Assembly (NCBI RefSeq): GCF_006345805.1
Contig: NC_043006.1
Location: forward strand, 88,474,001 to 88,538,000
Source of the DNA: Octopus sinensis
Lineage: Eukaryota
Length of the DNA: 64,000 bases
Direction: 5' to 3'
Part shown: piece after piece, positions 53,761 to 64,000 of the stretch
Layout of the letters: the number at the start of each line of letters is the position of its first letter
Position numbering within the stretch: the stretch's first letter is position 1
The notes under the pieces: model-generated
Told to the model about the DNA's origin: nothing
What the model saw: only the letters and a program-made list of their open reading frames with translations
The model's database searches: none
Translations under genes and position numbers: made by a program

Positions 53761-54479
53761 ACATTATTATACAAAAAAACTCATCTCATTGGAAAAAAAG
53801 AAAAAAAACCTAAACTTAACCATCCTAACATTCCTATACAAAGAAACTCATCCCATTGAAAAAAAGAAAAAAATATAAAGCGATTATCTCCCTTATACCG
53901 GAAGAAATCCCTGATTACCTTCCCCTGCCTGGAACTCTTCTTTGCACTACATAACGAAGACATGTAGGTAAAGAAATTTGAAAAGTTTACACGAAACCGG
54001 TTATTTCTCCAAAAACTATGTTACTATACACAACATTTTCTAACGTAACGACTTAAATATATTCTTTAACCTTATAAAACAAGCCTTCTGTATTTTTTTC
54101 ACTCTTTTCTATTATATATATATATTCGGTAATGTACCTGCATACTATATGTTTTGATCAGCGACTCAATTTCCTTGTGTGTGTGTGTGTCTTTGTTAAT
54201 GTTGAAACTGGAACAATTGCAGCGTGGAAGACACATGTTAGCCATTTAGAAACACATATACACGCACACACAAACACACAAAGCAGGCAGGATCCAGAGT
54301 ACTTCGGCTGTTTACTTTCTGCGAGGTTATGAGGGTACTGCTGAGAAAGGATTCGAACAAGAGGGATGATATTTAAAAGCTTCAGGCCTGTAGCTGCTAG
54401 ACGTAAAGTTTAAGTTTTGACCAAAGTGTTATCTAAGAGGTTGACGCTATCATCGATTTAGAACAATCAAATGCTTTTG

Positions 54480-55200
54480 ACAGGATTGACCAGTGACTGA
54501 TTTCGGTCTCTTCGCTGCAATATATTCGATTAAAGATCTATCAGAACGTTCTATAAAGTATTTGTAACATGCAAGAGTGAAGAACTCCTCGGCGAAAACC
54601 TGGACATCGAGAAACTTCAGCTGTCTGATTTTTTCGGGTGGACTTTCGATTCAGAAATCCTCGCCAGACAGTGCTTAACGTGTAGCAATGCTGTTCGGGA
54701 TAAACTCTGTAAGCATGGTAGGACTGTCAACCGGACAAGCTCTAGATACGGACAGAGCGACGAAACCGCCCTGCACGCACTCTTACATTACCCCAGAAAG
54801 TATCCGGCTATTGGTCTATTCCAGTGTGAAGATCTCCCCGCAACCCTCCTTCGGTTGAGAAAAAACAAACAGTTTCCTATGCCTGGTGGCTATAGTGAAA
54901 GAAGTTGTATGGCAGAGGTAACTACAAAGACTGAATACAGACACATTCCCTAAATGGGGGTGAGGGTTGCAAGAGTGTTACTAATCCCCACCTCCTCAGT
55001 ACCGTTGTTCAAAGGTAGGTGAATTTGAAGAGGGTGTGTCAAGTGAGTGGGCCCTGAGGTTGCGTCAGAGGGCTAATGTGTACAGACAAGCGCGTGCTTA
55101 TTGTACTCTTGGTGGTCGAGTGATCCAATTCGGCAGAGTTCCTTTGTTTCCTCTGGGTGATGCTTATCCGTACTATATTGTTAACAATTTTCATATTAAT
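54480..55200 (+). mobile_element. Tx1-like LINE 3' end
   Basis: LARQCLTCSNAVRDKLCKHGRTVNRTSSRYGQSDETALHALLH (decayed zf-RVT knuckle). Confidence 0.6.
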
Positions 55201-55284
55201 TCTATATTCATTGTAGGTGTATATATAAACATCCACTGTAGTTTGTATTAGTCCAATATTTTTTCGAATCTTTAAATAACAAAA

Positions 55285-55335
<51 letters not shown>

Positions 55336-55357
55336 CAGCAGCAGACGCAGCAGTAGC

Positions 55358-55415
<58 letters not shown>

Positions 55416-55455
55416 TAGTAGTAGTAGTAGTAGCAGCAGCAGACGCAGCAGTAGC

Positions 55456-55515
<60 letters not shown>

Positions 55516-55547
55516 TGTTGTTGTTGTTGTTGTAGTAGTAGTAGTAT

Positions 55548-55745
55548 GGCGGCAAGCAGGTAGAGTTGTTTGAGCACCGGCCTAAAATGCTTAGCAGCTT
55601 ATCTTCCAGTTCTTTATGCTCTGAATTCAAATTCCGCCGCAGTCAGCTTTGCCTTTCACCCTTCGGGGTCGATATAATCGATTATTCCTTTCTCCCAATA
55701 TTTCAGGTCCTGTGCCTTTTGTAAATAAGATTAGTATTATTTATA
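55548..55745 (+). mobile_element. SINE family B
   Basis: GAATTCAAATTCCGCCGCAGTCAGCTTTGCCTTTCACCCTTCGGGGTCGATA..GATTAGTATTATT tail. Confidence 0.8.
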
Positions 55746-56390
55746 TAGTTATTTATTCATCAAAAAGGTTTAAAAGGTTACAACAAAGTTATACGGTATT
55801 AAGGGCAGAAGATTAATGACTTTGTACAACGAACACATATAGAATCATATAACTTTAATGACGAGGAGGAAGAGGAGGAGAGGCAGGGAGAAGGAACAGG
55901 AGCAAGAGCAGGAGGAGGAAGTGTGGAAAATGTAGGGATATAGCATGATAACGGGTTTGGTTTCAATAAAGACAGTAATAATACAGAACATGATGATGAT
56001 AATCATAATGACGGTGATGACAACGATAGTGGTAATGTTGAGGCTTGTGATGATAAGGAGAAGTTTGAAATAATTGATGATAATGAGAATGGTGATATGG
56101 GTAGAGAAGAGGGAAAGGTAAAATTGATAGCTGTCAATACGAGAGAAGTTTTCATTATAATTTTGAATATAAACGGCAAAGATGATTATGATGATGATGA
56201 TGATGATGAGGAGGAGGAGGAGGAGGAGGAGGAGGAAGAGAAGGTGGAGGAGGAGGGGGATGGTAATGTCGACCATGGTAGTGATGTTGATGTTGATGTG
56301 GATGCGGAGCAAGACACAGCAATAATGATTATTTGAGGTTCAATGTTGATGGCCAATATTAACAATAGCAAATACAACTATAACAACGAC

Positions 56391-56427
<37 letters not shown>

Positions 56428-56472
56428 ATAATAATATTAATAATAATAATAATAATAATAACAATAAATAGC

Positions 56473-56480
<8 letters not shown>

Positions 56481-56503
<23 letters not shown>

Positions 56504-56614
56504 AGAAGAAGAAGAAGAAGAAGAAGAAGAAGAAGAAGAAGAAGAAGAAGAAGAAGAAGAAGAAGAAGAAGAAGAAGAAGAAGAAGAAGAAGAAGAAGAA
56601 GAAGAAGAAGAAGA
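56481..56614. repeat. pure (GAA)n tract, ~44 units
   Basis: Direct reading; follows an (AAT)n array. Confidence 0.95.
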
Positions 56615-57233
56615 ACAAAAACAACAACAACAATAGCTATAACAAACTAAAACAATGAGAGATAGTCAATGAGGTGGCTTGAAACATTGTCATTTGACCT
56701 GCTGCTAAAACCAGTGCCAAATATCGTCGAGCAAATTGCCAGCCGCCATTGAAGTTGGACCAAATAGTTGAAGACTTAAACATTATGACAGCATGCCCTT
56801 TGTTTCTATAATACATGGTTGTTTTATAGATTTACATATAAAGAAAAGAAAATGGCAGCGTCGACAGTATTCCAACAACGCACTGACACACTACATAATG
56901 TCAGACACCATTGCCAGAGCATCGTTACCAATAACCATCAAGTTTATGCTATTATGCTTAAGGTCCATACAACCACTATCAACAAACGGTTGTAACACTA
57001 ATTTGGAGTTCCTTAATGTAGTCGCTCCGTCGAGAAGAAATAGCAGCCATAATTCCCTAAACTCTTCCTTGTACACTGATATAGATATGTAAAAATATAG
57101 GATTGTCACGACTGGAGTGCCTTTGATCGGTAGGTCAACTCAGTCAGGGGACGCTAGCGTGACGATAAAATCAACAGCAACAACAACAACAACAACTACT
57201 ACTACTACTACGGTGACTACTGCTACTACGGTG

Positions 57234-57273
<40 letters not shown>

Positions 57274-57649
57274 TACTACTACTACTACTACTCTACGGTG
57301 ACTACTGTTACTTCTTCCACCTGCTACATCTATCACAATGACTTCAACTATTACTACAAGTATTACTGCTGCTATTACTATTACTGTAACGGATTTAGGT
57401 GTGCCAACCAGTAGAAAATATCGACAGCATGACTGATGAAATATACTTCAAGAGAACGTTGTACAAACTAAATCCAGATATGCTCTAATATGAACACCTT
57501 TGATTTACTGAAATTATCTTTTCCTTTTTTTAATGCAATGAAAAATCAGAGAAGGGAGATAACAACAATAAGCTCAATTAACTGAAATTTTTGAAAATAT
57601 AGAAAATAGCGCGTGGCTGTTGATCAGATGGTTAAACAACACGAGGAAA

Positions 57650-57692
57650 GTAACGGACATGTTTCGGTAATAGAGATGCCGCATCAGTGAAG
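57650..57692 (-). ncRNA. minimal Penelope-type hammerhead (degenerate) inside an inverted repeat 57574-57771
   Basis: CUGAUGC-GGcaucucuauuaCC-GAAA-CAUG-UC; palindromic ACAUGU stem III; A9 changed to C. Confidence 0.5.
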
Positions 57693-57799
57693 TATATTCT
57701 ATTCATCTGGCAATACTAAGAACGAATGTGTTGTGTTTCCTATATTTTTCAAAATATCAATTGATTAATTGTATTGTACTCTCGATGTATCTTTAATCT

Positions 57800-58205
57800 T
57801 TTATCTTTTACTTGTTTCACTCATTAGCCTGCAGCCACGTTGGGACATGTTGAAGAATTCTAGTAGAATGAATCGTCCCTAGTACTTATGTCTATTTTCA
57901 AACCTGGTACTTATACTATCGGTCTCTTTTGCGGAACCGCTAGGTCACGAGGACGAAAACACACAAACACCGGGCGTCGAGCGGTGGTATGGGACAAGCA
58001 TAGACACAAAGACACACACACACGCACACACACACACACACACACACTCACACACATGAATATATACACACACGCCGGGCATCTTCCTGTTTCCGCCTAC
58101 CAAATCTACTCACAAGGCTTTGGTCCGCTGTGGATGTAGCATAAGATACTTGCCCAATGTGCCATGTAGTGGAACTAAACCCTGAACCTTGTGGGGGGAA
58201 AGTGT
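57800..58205 (-). mobile_element. SINE family A, full form
   Basis: 3' half + (CA)n + CCAAATCTACTCACAAGGCTTTGG..TACTTGCCCAATGTGCC. Confidence 0.75.
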
Positions 58206-58930
58206 TATTACTTTTGTGAGTAATCACAGTTAATCATAGGAATTTCCCAAGACTCTACATTAAATATATGAGACTCTATATTAAAACACATACAATCAGC
58301 TAAAAGATAAATAATTTATCTAGTAGTAGACATGGCAGTATATATCATGGCCAAAATACTTAACTCCCAATAACCAGGTCTATGTAAATCTAATTAGACA
58401 AAACAACTTCGTATACTTAACACCTGTAAGAAACAAGATATTTCGTTACAGCTTATAATCTTGAAAAGGGAGAGGTATATTGGGTACATGGTAGTAAATG
58501 CACATAACCTAAAAATGGACACCAATATAATCGGAGTTGTATGTCTTGGATCATAGGTATAACTTCATCAAAACTCACTTGGCTCTAAAGCAACAACAGA
58601 AATAGCAGCGGCAGCAACACAACCGCAGAAATGATGAGGGAGCGAGAGAGAGAGAAAGAGTGAGAGAGAGAGAGAGAAAGAGTGTGTTAGAGAGAGAGAG
58701 AGTGTGTGTGTGAGAGAGAGAGACAGAGGCAGACAGATAGAGAGCCTCTGCACAGTTATTTAGCTTGATGAAAATAGCACTCATGTCTACTTCACTTCAT
58801 ACAAAAATAGCAGTATTTTTATACTTTTTTCCACGTTCTATCTAAGAGAGTCAATTGATAATGTAACATATTCTTAATAAGTTTCAGTGAATCTGAACAT
58901 TAATATTTCAATTACATTTGGAAAAAGACT

Positions 58931-59389
58931 CCTTTCAAACGATGTGTGTTCACAACTCACTTGATTTATTTACGTGAGGGGAACTTTGTGACATCAGTGT
59001 TTCGACTGCTTGTATCTCATCAGTCAAAGTTGTCCTCGAATTAATGAATCTAAGCAAGAATGATGGCTCTTGTTTATAGAATTCAGCAGATCAATTATTT
59101 GCTGAAACATGCTGATGTATACCAAATCAACAACTAATTACCACTGACACGTAGAACAGTGAGAATCAAAACGATGATATACATATTCATACTTAATACG
59201 ATTTTAACATGTGTATGTTAATTGTAGTTGCATATCACCTTCGTAGATCACCTTTTCCTTTTATACCAGTCTTGTTTAGGTTCTTCCATACAAGAGGTAG
59301 ACTGAAAAAACGCAACTAGGTCGAAACACTGGTGTCTCGAAGTTCACATCAATGAATTGATGTGTTGTCAACACACAACGTTTGAAAGG
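58931..59389. repeat. inverted pLTR pair, each arm with a hammerhead motif
   Basis: 58931-59030 vs 59296-59389. Confidence 0.7.
58983..59030 (-). ncRNA. type I hammerhead ribozyme, near canonical
   Basis: ACUUUGa-CUGAUGA-GAuacaagcagUC-GAAA-CAcugaUG-UC-aCAAAGU; full core, 6-bp stem I, mismatch at 1.1/2.1. Confidence 0.65.
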
Positions 59390-59475
59390 TGTTCTTCGAA
59401 GGCGAAGTACAATAGTGTTTAACATTATTATTATCATTATCATCATCATCATCATTATTATTATTATTATTATTA

Positions 59476-59510
<35 letters not shown>

Positions 59511-59526
59511 TATTATTATTATTATT

Positions 59527-60050
59527 CTATGTTTGACTTTTGCTTTATGTCTGTACAAGTTGGCTCCAAGTCTCACCCAGAGACCTCAAGAGACAACAGG
59601 TTGGAAGTTCTGTGCCATATATTTGGGTTTCTTTTGGGGTTTTTTTGTTGTACTAGTGAATGTCTAATACATAAAAATAAAATTTAAAAAAAAAAAAATT
59701 AAAAAAAAAAAATTAAATAAAAAAATGTTTGTTTTAAACCCTGGGATTACATAGAGAGTATTTTGCGTAGGATATGAGCAGTTCCCATGACCACTATCTT
59801 TTGAATTTCTGCCATTTTGGGGTTTCCTGGTATCTGAGTTAGGTAGCAATCAGTCCCTTTCGCTATCATTCCCAGGGCACCTATGACAACAGGTATTGTT
59901 TTAGTCTTCAGCTTCCACATTTTGCTGATTTCTATTTCAAGATCTTTATATTTGCTCAGTTTTTGGTAGGTCTTGACAGATACGTTTATATCGATTGGGA
60001 CAGTCATATCAATGAGGAGGCATGTTCTTTGTCTGAAGTCTTTCAATATG

Positions 60051-60052
<2 letters not shown>
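59527..60052 (-). mobile_element. 5'-truncated sibling copy of the R4/Dong element
   Basis: Intact C-terminus ..PKMAEIQKIVVMGTAHILRKILSM*, 3' UTR, AAT arrays on both sides; several substitutions relative to the main copy. Confidence 0.9.
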
Positions 60053-60095
<43 letters not shown>

Positions 60096-60096
<1 letters not shown>

Positions 60097-63000
60097 TATG
60101 TTTGACTTTTGCTTTATATTTGTACAAGTTGGCTCCAAGTCTCACCCAGAGACCTCAAGAGACAACAGGGTTGGAAGTTCATGTTGTTGTTATGCCTAGT
60201 GTGCCATATATTTGGGGGGTGGGGATGTTGTACTAATGAATGTCTAAAAAAAAAAAGTTTTTTTTTTTTTTTTTTTTTAAACCGAAAATTATGTTGTTTT
60301 AAACCTTGAGATTACATAGAGAGTATTTTGCGTAGGATATGAGCAGTTCCCATGAGCACTATCTTTTGAACTTCTGCCATTTTTGGGGTTTCCTGGTATC
60401 TGAGTTAGGTAGCTATCAGCCCCTTTTGCTATCATTCCCAGGGCACCTATGACAACAGGTATTGTTTTAGTCTTCAGCTTCCACATTTTGCTGATTTCTA
60501 TTTCAAGATCTTTATATTTGCTCAGTTTTTGGTAGGTCTTGACAGATACGTTTATATCGATTGGGACAGTCATATCAATGAGGAGGCATGTTCTTTGTTT
60601 GAAGTTTTTCAATATGATGTCTGGCCTATTTGCATCTATCTTCCTGTCAGTTTGAATGGTGAAGTTCCAGAGGAGTGAGATGTGGTCATTTTCAAGCACT
60701 GGGGGTGGTTTGTGTTCCCACCAGTTTTTTTCATGGGGCAAATCCAGGTTTTTACAGATTACCCAGTGAATATATTGTGCAGCTCTATCGTGCCTGTTGA
60801 GATACTCTGTAGGCGCTAGAAGACTGCACTTGGAGACCACATGGTCAATGGTTTCATTTTGTTGCTTGCATACACGACACGTTGGACTGCTTCTGATCTT
60901 TAATATGTTGGCCTGGTAGTTTCTTGTTGGTAGGCATTGATCTTGAGCTGCTATGATAAACCCCTCTGTTTCAGATTTTAAGCCAGAGGCCATTAGCCAT
61001 TGATGGGTCAGGGCTTTGTCGATATCTGCATTATTCGCTCTCTTTGGGTATTTGCCATAGAGAGGTTTTTCTTGCCATTTATTATTCAGAATATCTAAGG
61101 CCGCAGTTTTGGCACGGGTTTTCATGCGCCTAGCTTTTTCTGTGCTTGTTTCTTGTATATCTATCTCTAATTCCGAAATTGGTTGTATTCGGAATTCACT
61201 TAGATATTCCTTTGCCTGTTTTGTGACTGAGTATGATGCTTTCTTGTTTTCATGTTTTGAGACAAGTTTTAGCATCCAGTCCTCAGAGTTTTTCAGGTAG
61301 GTGTCTAGGCCAATTGTAGCAATCTTCATTGTTATTGCCAGTTGCAAAAGACCACGGCCTCCCTCTTTTCTTGGCAGATAGAGTCGTTCTGTATCTGCCT
61401 TAGGGTGGTGCATTCTATGCATTGTCAACAGTTTCCTTATTTTTCTGTCGAGCTGACATATTTCAGTAATTGACCAGTTAACAATATTGAAACTGTAAGT
61501 CACGACTGGTATAGCTAATGCATTGATTGCTTCGATCCTGTTTCTTGCATTCAGCTCTGTCTTGAGTATTGCTCTCACTCTTCGATAGCATTCTCTCCTG
61601 ATCCTTTCCTTCATCTCTGAATGCCTTATTCCGTTCCCTTCAATTATCCCTGGGTACTTGTAGCTCTCCGCTGGGTCTAGTTCTTTTATGACATTCTGTT
61701 GGTCAAGGTTAACGTTAGATGTTTCTGTCATTTTTCCTTTGATAAAGGTAGCCTTTGCACATTTATCGAGGCCGAATTGCATTCTGATGTCGTCACTGAA
61801 TTGTTTGACTATCGCTAGTAAGCCCTTGAGTTGTTGATCATTTTTTGCAAAAAGCTTTAAATCATCCATGTAAACGAGATGATTTATATTTTTATCAAAC
61901 ATTTTATACCCGTACTGCGCATCATTGAGCAGCTTTGAGAGAGGTATTAAGGATAAACAAAAGAGGAGTGGTGACAGTGAGTCACCCTGGAAAATGCCAC
62001 ACGAAATTTTTACATCACCAGCATTTAGGGATTCACTGTCACTGTTCAGAGTTAGTGTGGTTCTCCATGATCTCATACTTACAGTCAAGAAGTTTCGCAG
62101 AGTTGGTGCTATCTTATACATTTCAAGGCATTTCCTAATCCAGCTATGTGGTAGGCTATCAAAAGCCTTTTTATAGTCTATCCAGGCTATTGATAAGTTT
62201 TTGTGTCGTTTGTGACAATCTTCTAAGATCATCTTATTGATGAGTAGTTGGTCTTTACAGCCGTAGGATCCACGTTTACATCCTTTCTGTTCATTAGAGA
62301 ATATGCTGCTGTCTGTTAAAAAACTATAGGTATATTCCGTCAGGACAGATGTTAGTGTTTTGTACATAGTTGTTAAGCAGGTTATGGGTCTATAGTTTTT
62401 TGGTTCATTTGTTTCTTCACTTTTTGGAAGCAGGAATGTTAACCCATTAACTAGCCAAGGAGGCATCCTACTAGGGTGTTGCAAAACATCATTGTACAGT
62501 TCTGTTAGCAGTTCATGGCTCTCTGGGAAGGCATTCAGCCAGAAGTTAGGAATTTTATCCTTTCCTGGAGACTTCCATTTGCTTGACCTCCTGAGAGCAG
62601 ATCTTATATCTTCTACCTTGACACCCTCCCACTTTTGCTCTTCTAAGGGGTCCAGTTCTGTAGATATTCTGTCAATCCAGGGGGCCTTTTCGTTGTGTGT
62701 TTTTTCTTCTGCCCAGATTTTATTCCAAAATCTTTGCACTTCTTCTTTTGATGGTACAGACCCTGCAGTAAACGCTGTTTTTCCTATCTTCCTGTAAAAA
62801 TTCTTGGTGTTATTTTTGAACATGTTGTTGTCCTTGAAAAATCTAACACGCTTTTCATACCTCGCTATGCGGGCAGCTTTGGCAGATACCTTTTGTTTGA
62901 TGGTTTCTATGGTGGCATCAATATCAAGTATAGTTTTCATATTGTATTTTTTCAGTAATTTTTGGGTTTTTGTAGGTTTGGTAATCTTGTGAGCCTTAAG

Positions 63001-64000
63001 GTTTTTCAAATATTCAATGTCAGATCTAAATATTTTAATTTGTTGTTGCAGACGCTCTTGCCAAGAAGGCTTTTTGTGGGACTGTTGCCGTTTTCTAATC
63101 TTTACACCACATAGGATCGTTGAGATTTTCGCGGATGCATAGTATAGGTGGTTGAGGTTTGTGATATCAACATCATTAACTGAAATTATATCCTTAAGTG
63201 CAAGCCGGATTTTACCAATTATTTTCATGTTTTGGTTAGAGTTGCGGATTTTAGGAAGTGTATCACGCTCATCCATGCTGGTTTCTTTAATTTTCAGCCA
63301 TTCAATCATGATTTGATTTTTTAGCTCATGTAGTTCTGTTGGGTCAATATTTGTGTGACTTTCTTTATCTATTTGATGCTCATCTGTCTTAGTGTTTATG
63401 ATTGGTTCAGGGCGTATTTCACTTTGCCTATCACTTATACTAACTCTTTCAATCCTCTCTTCGTTTTTATCCGCCCTGGGCTGGTCTATAATCATTTCCT
63501 CTGTATTATCTTCTCTAGCTGCAGCTTCGTTCATTTTATCCGATATTGCTTGTCTAACCTGATCAATCTCTACTTCAGTCAGTAATTTCTTTTTTATAAT
63601 GTTTCTTCTAACATTGGCAAGCTTGTTACTGTCTATGTAGGGTCTTACCTCAGGGTGTTTCTGTCTCCAGTTTAAGTATGCTTGTACAGTGCTAGACTTA
63701 TCTGTGGGGAAATATATGGCATGGTAGAAGGCCTCAAGAACTTCTTTATTATCTTCCCTAGACCATTTTTCCTTCTTTTTCTTTTGATGATTTGGTGATG
63801 AGCATGGATGGCCATCTGTTGGAATATTCCGGTTGTGGGGTTCGTCCAGCTCCTGTGTGTTGGGAAGATTTGATCCAGTAACTGATTTTTCAATCAGGAT
63901 TTGGTTCAATTTTCGGGTACGTGGTCTTTTGTAATCCGCGCAATGACCAATGCGGTTTATTGTTTGATTTGTTGACCTTGAAGCATGACAAGCATCCATT
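60096..64000 (-). mobile_element. R4/Dong-clade non-LTR retrotransposon, near full length (5' end beyond the window)
   Basis: Single long ORF, ~215-nt 3' UTR, ends in (AAT)n at 60051-60095. Confidence 0.93.
60289..63999 (-). CDS. RT-CCHC-RLE polyprotein (1236 aa as called; native stop probably TAA at 60312-60314)
   Basis: KSPGKDKI, NYRPITCL, QKGC..GCKDQL, WIDYKKAFDS, GIFQGDSLSPLLF, YMDD (61861-61872), FGLDKC, GGRGL, CRVC..H...C knuckle, RHD, RPDII..LIDMTVP and KYKDL endonuclease motifs; no APE domain. Confidence 0.95.
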   Translation of the reverse strand: MDACHASRSTNQTINRIGHCADYKRPRTRKLNQILIEKSVTGSNLPNTQELDEPHNRNIPTDGHPCSSPNHQKKKKEKWSREDNKEVLEAFYHAIYFPTDKSSTVQAYLNWRQKHPEVRPYIDSNKLANVRRNIIKKKLLTEVEIDQVRQAISDKMNEAAAREDNTEEMIIDQPRADKNEERIERVSISDRQSEIRPEPIINTKTDEHQIDKESHTNIDPTELHELKNQIMIEWLKIKETSMDERDTLPKIRNSNQNMKIIGKIRLALKDIISVNDVDITNLNHLYYASAKISTILCGVKIRKRQQSHKKPSWQERLQQQIKIFRSDIEYLKNLKAHKITKPTKTQKLLKKYNMKTILDIDATIETIKQKVSAKAARIARYEKRVRFFKDNNMFKNNTKNFYRKIGKTAFTAGSVPSKEEVQRFWNKIWAEEKTHNEKAPWIDRISTELDPLEEQKWEGVKVEDIRSALRRSSKWKSPGKDKIPNFWLNAFPESHELLTELYNDVLQHPSRMPPWLVNGLTFLLPKSEETNEPKNYRPITCLTTMYKTLTSVLTEYTYSFLTDSSIFSNEQKGCKRGSYGCKDQLLINKMILEDCHKRHKNLSIAWIDYKKAFDSLPHSWIRKCLEMYKIAPTLRNFLTVSMRSWRTTLTLNSDSESLNAGDVKISCGIFQGDSLSPLLFCLSLIPLSKLLNDAQYGYKMFDKNINHLVYMDDLKLFAKNDQQLKGLLAIVKQFSDDIRMQFGLDKCAKATFIKGKMTETSNVNLDQQNVIKELDPAESYKYPGIIEGNGIRHSEMKERIRRECYRRVRAILKTELNARNRIEAINALAIPVVTYSFNIVNWSITEICQLDRKIRKLLTMHRMHHPKADTERLYLPRKEGGRGLLQLAITMKIATIGLDTYLKNSEDWMLKLVSKHENKKASYSVTKQAKEYLSEFRIQPISELEIDIQETSTEKARRMKTRAKTAALDILNNKWQEKPLYGKYPKRANNADIDKALTHQWLMASGLKSETEGFIIAAQDQCLPTRNYQANILKIRSSPTCRVCKQQNETIDHVVSKCSLLAPTEYLNRHDRAAQYIHWVICKNLDLPHEKNWWEHKPPPVLENDHISLLWNFTIQTDRKIDANRPDIILKNFKQRTCLLIDMTVPIDINVSVKTYQKLSKYKDLEIEISKMWKLKTKTIPVVIGALGMIAKGADSYLTQIPGNPKNGRSSKDSAHGNCSYPTQNTLYVISRFKTT

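Noticed and set aside
56650-57110. Possible exon or integrase remnant (ORFs 56793+ and 56891-)
   Set aside because: No recognisable motif with correct spacing; stops in the extended frames.

Overview
AT-rich, microsatellite-saturated eukaryotic DNA. The SINE and LINE repertoire points to an octopus/cephalopod genome (inference). No multi-exon host gene is visible; the window looks like a giant intron or intergenic region. The only long ORF (60289-63999, minus strand) belongs to a nearly intact R4/Dong-type non-LTR retrotransposon (RT + CCHC knuckle + restriction-like endonuclease) that ends in an (AAT)n array. About nine further R4/Dong-like fragments lie in or next to AAT arrays. Also present are decayed piggyBac, mariner and maT/Tc1 transposons, MITEs, Helentron-type HINEs, Tx1, RTE and L2-like LINE pieces, three tRNA-derived SINE families, and many Penelope-like fragments with conventional type I hammerhead motifs. 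Most notable: three loci (13.9, 42.9 and 49.2 kb, two unrelated repeat families) carry all hammerhead core nucleotides in a non-canonical strand order (II5' - III3'/UH/I3' - II3'/GAAA/III5' - I5'/CUGANGA). Three compensatory base-pair changes separate the two sibling copies. This is a candidate strand-permuted, probably dimer-acting ribozyme, untested. A well-defined 21-nt microexon candidate lies in a repeat-free island at 16.8 kb. Most short ORFs in the supplied track are microsatellite artefacts. All family assignments are by eye, without database searches.
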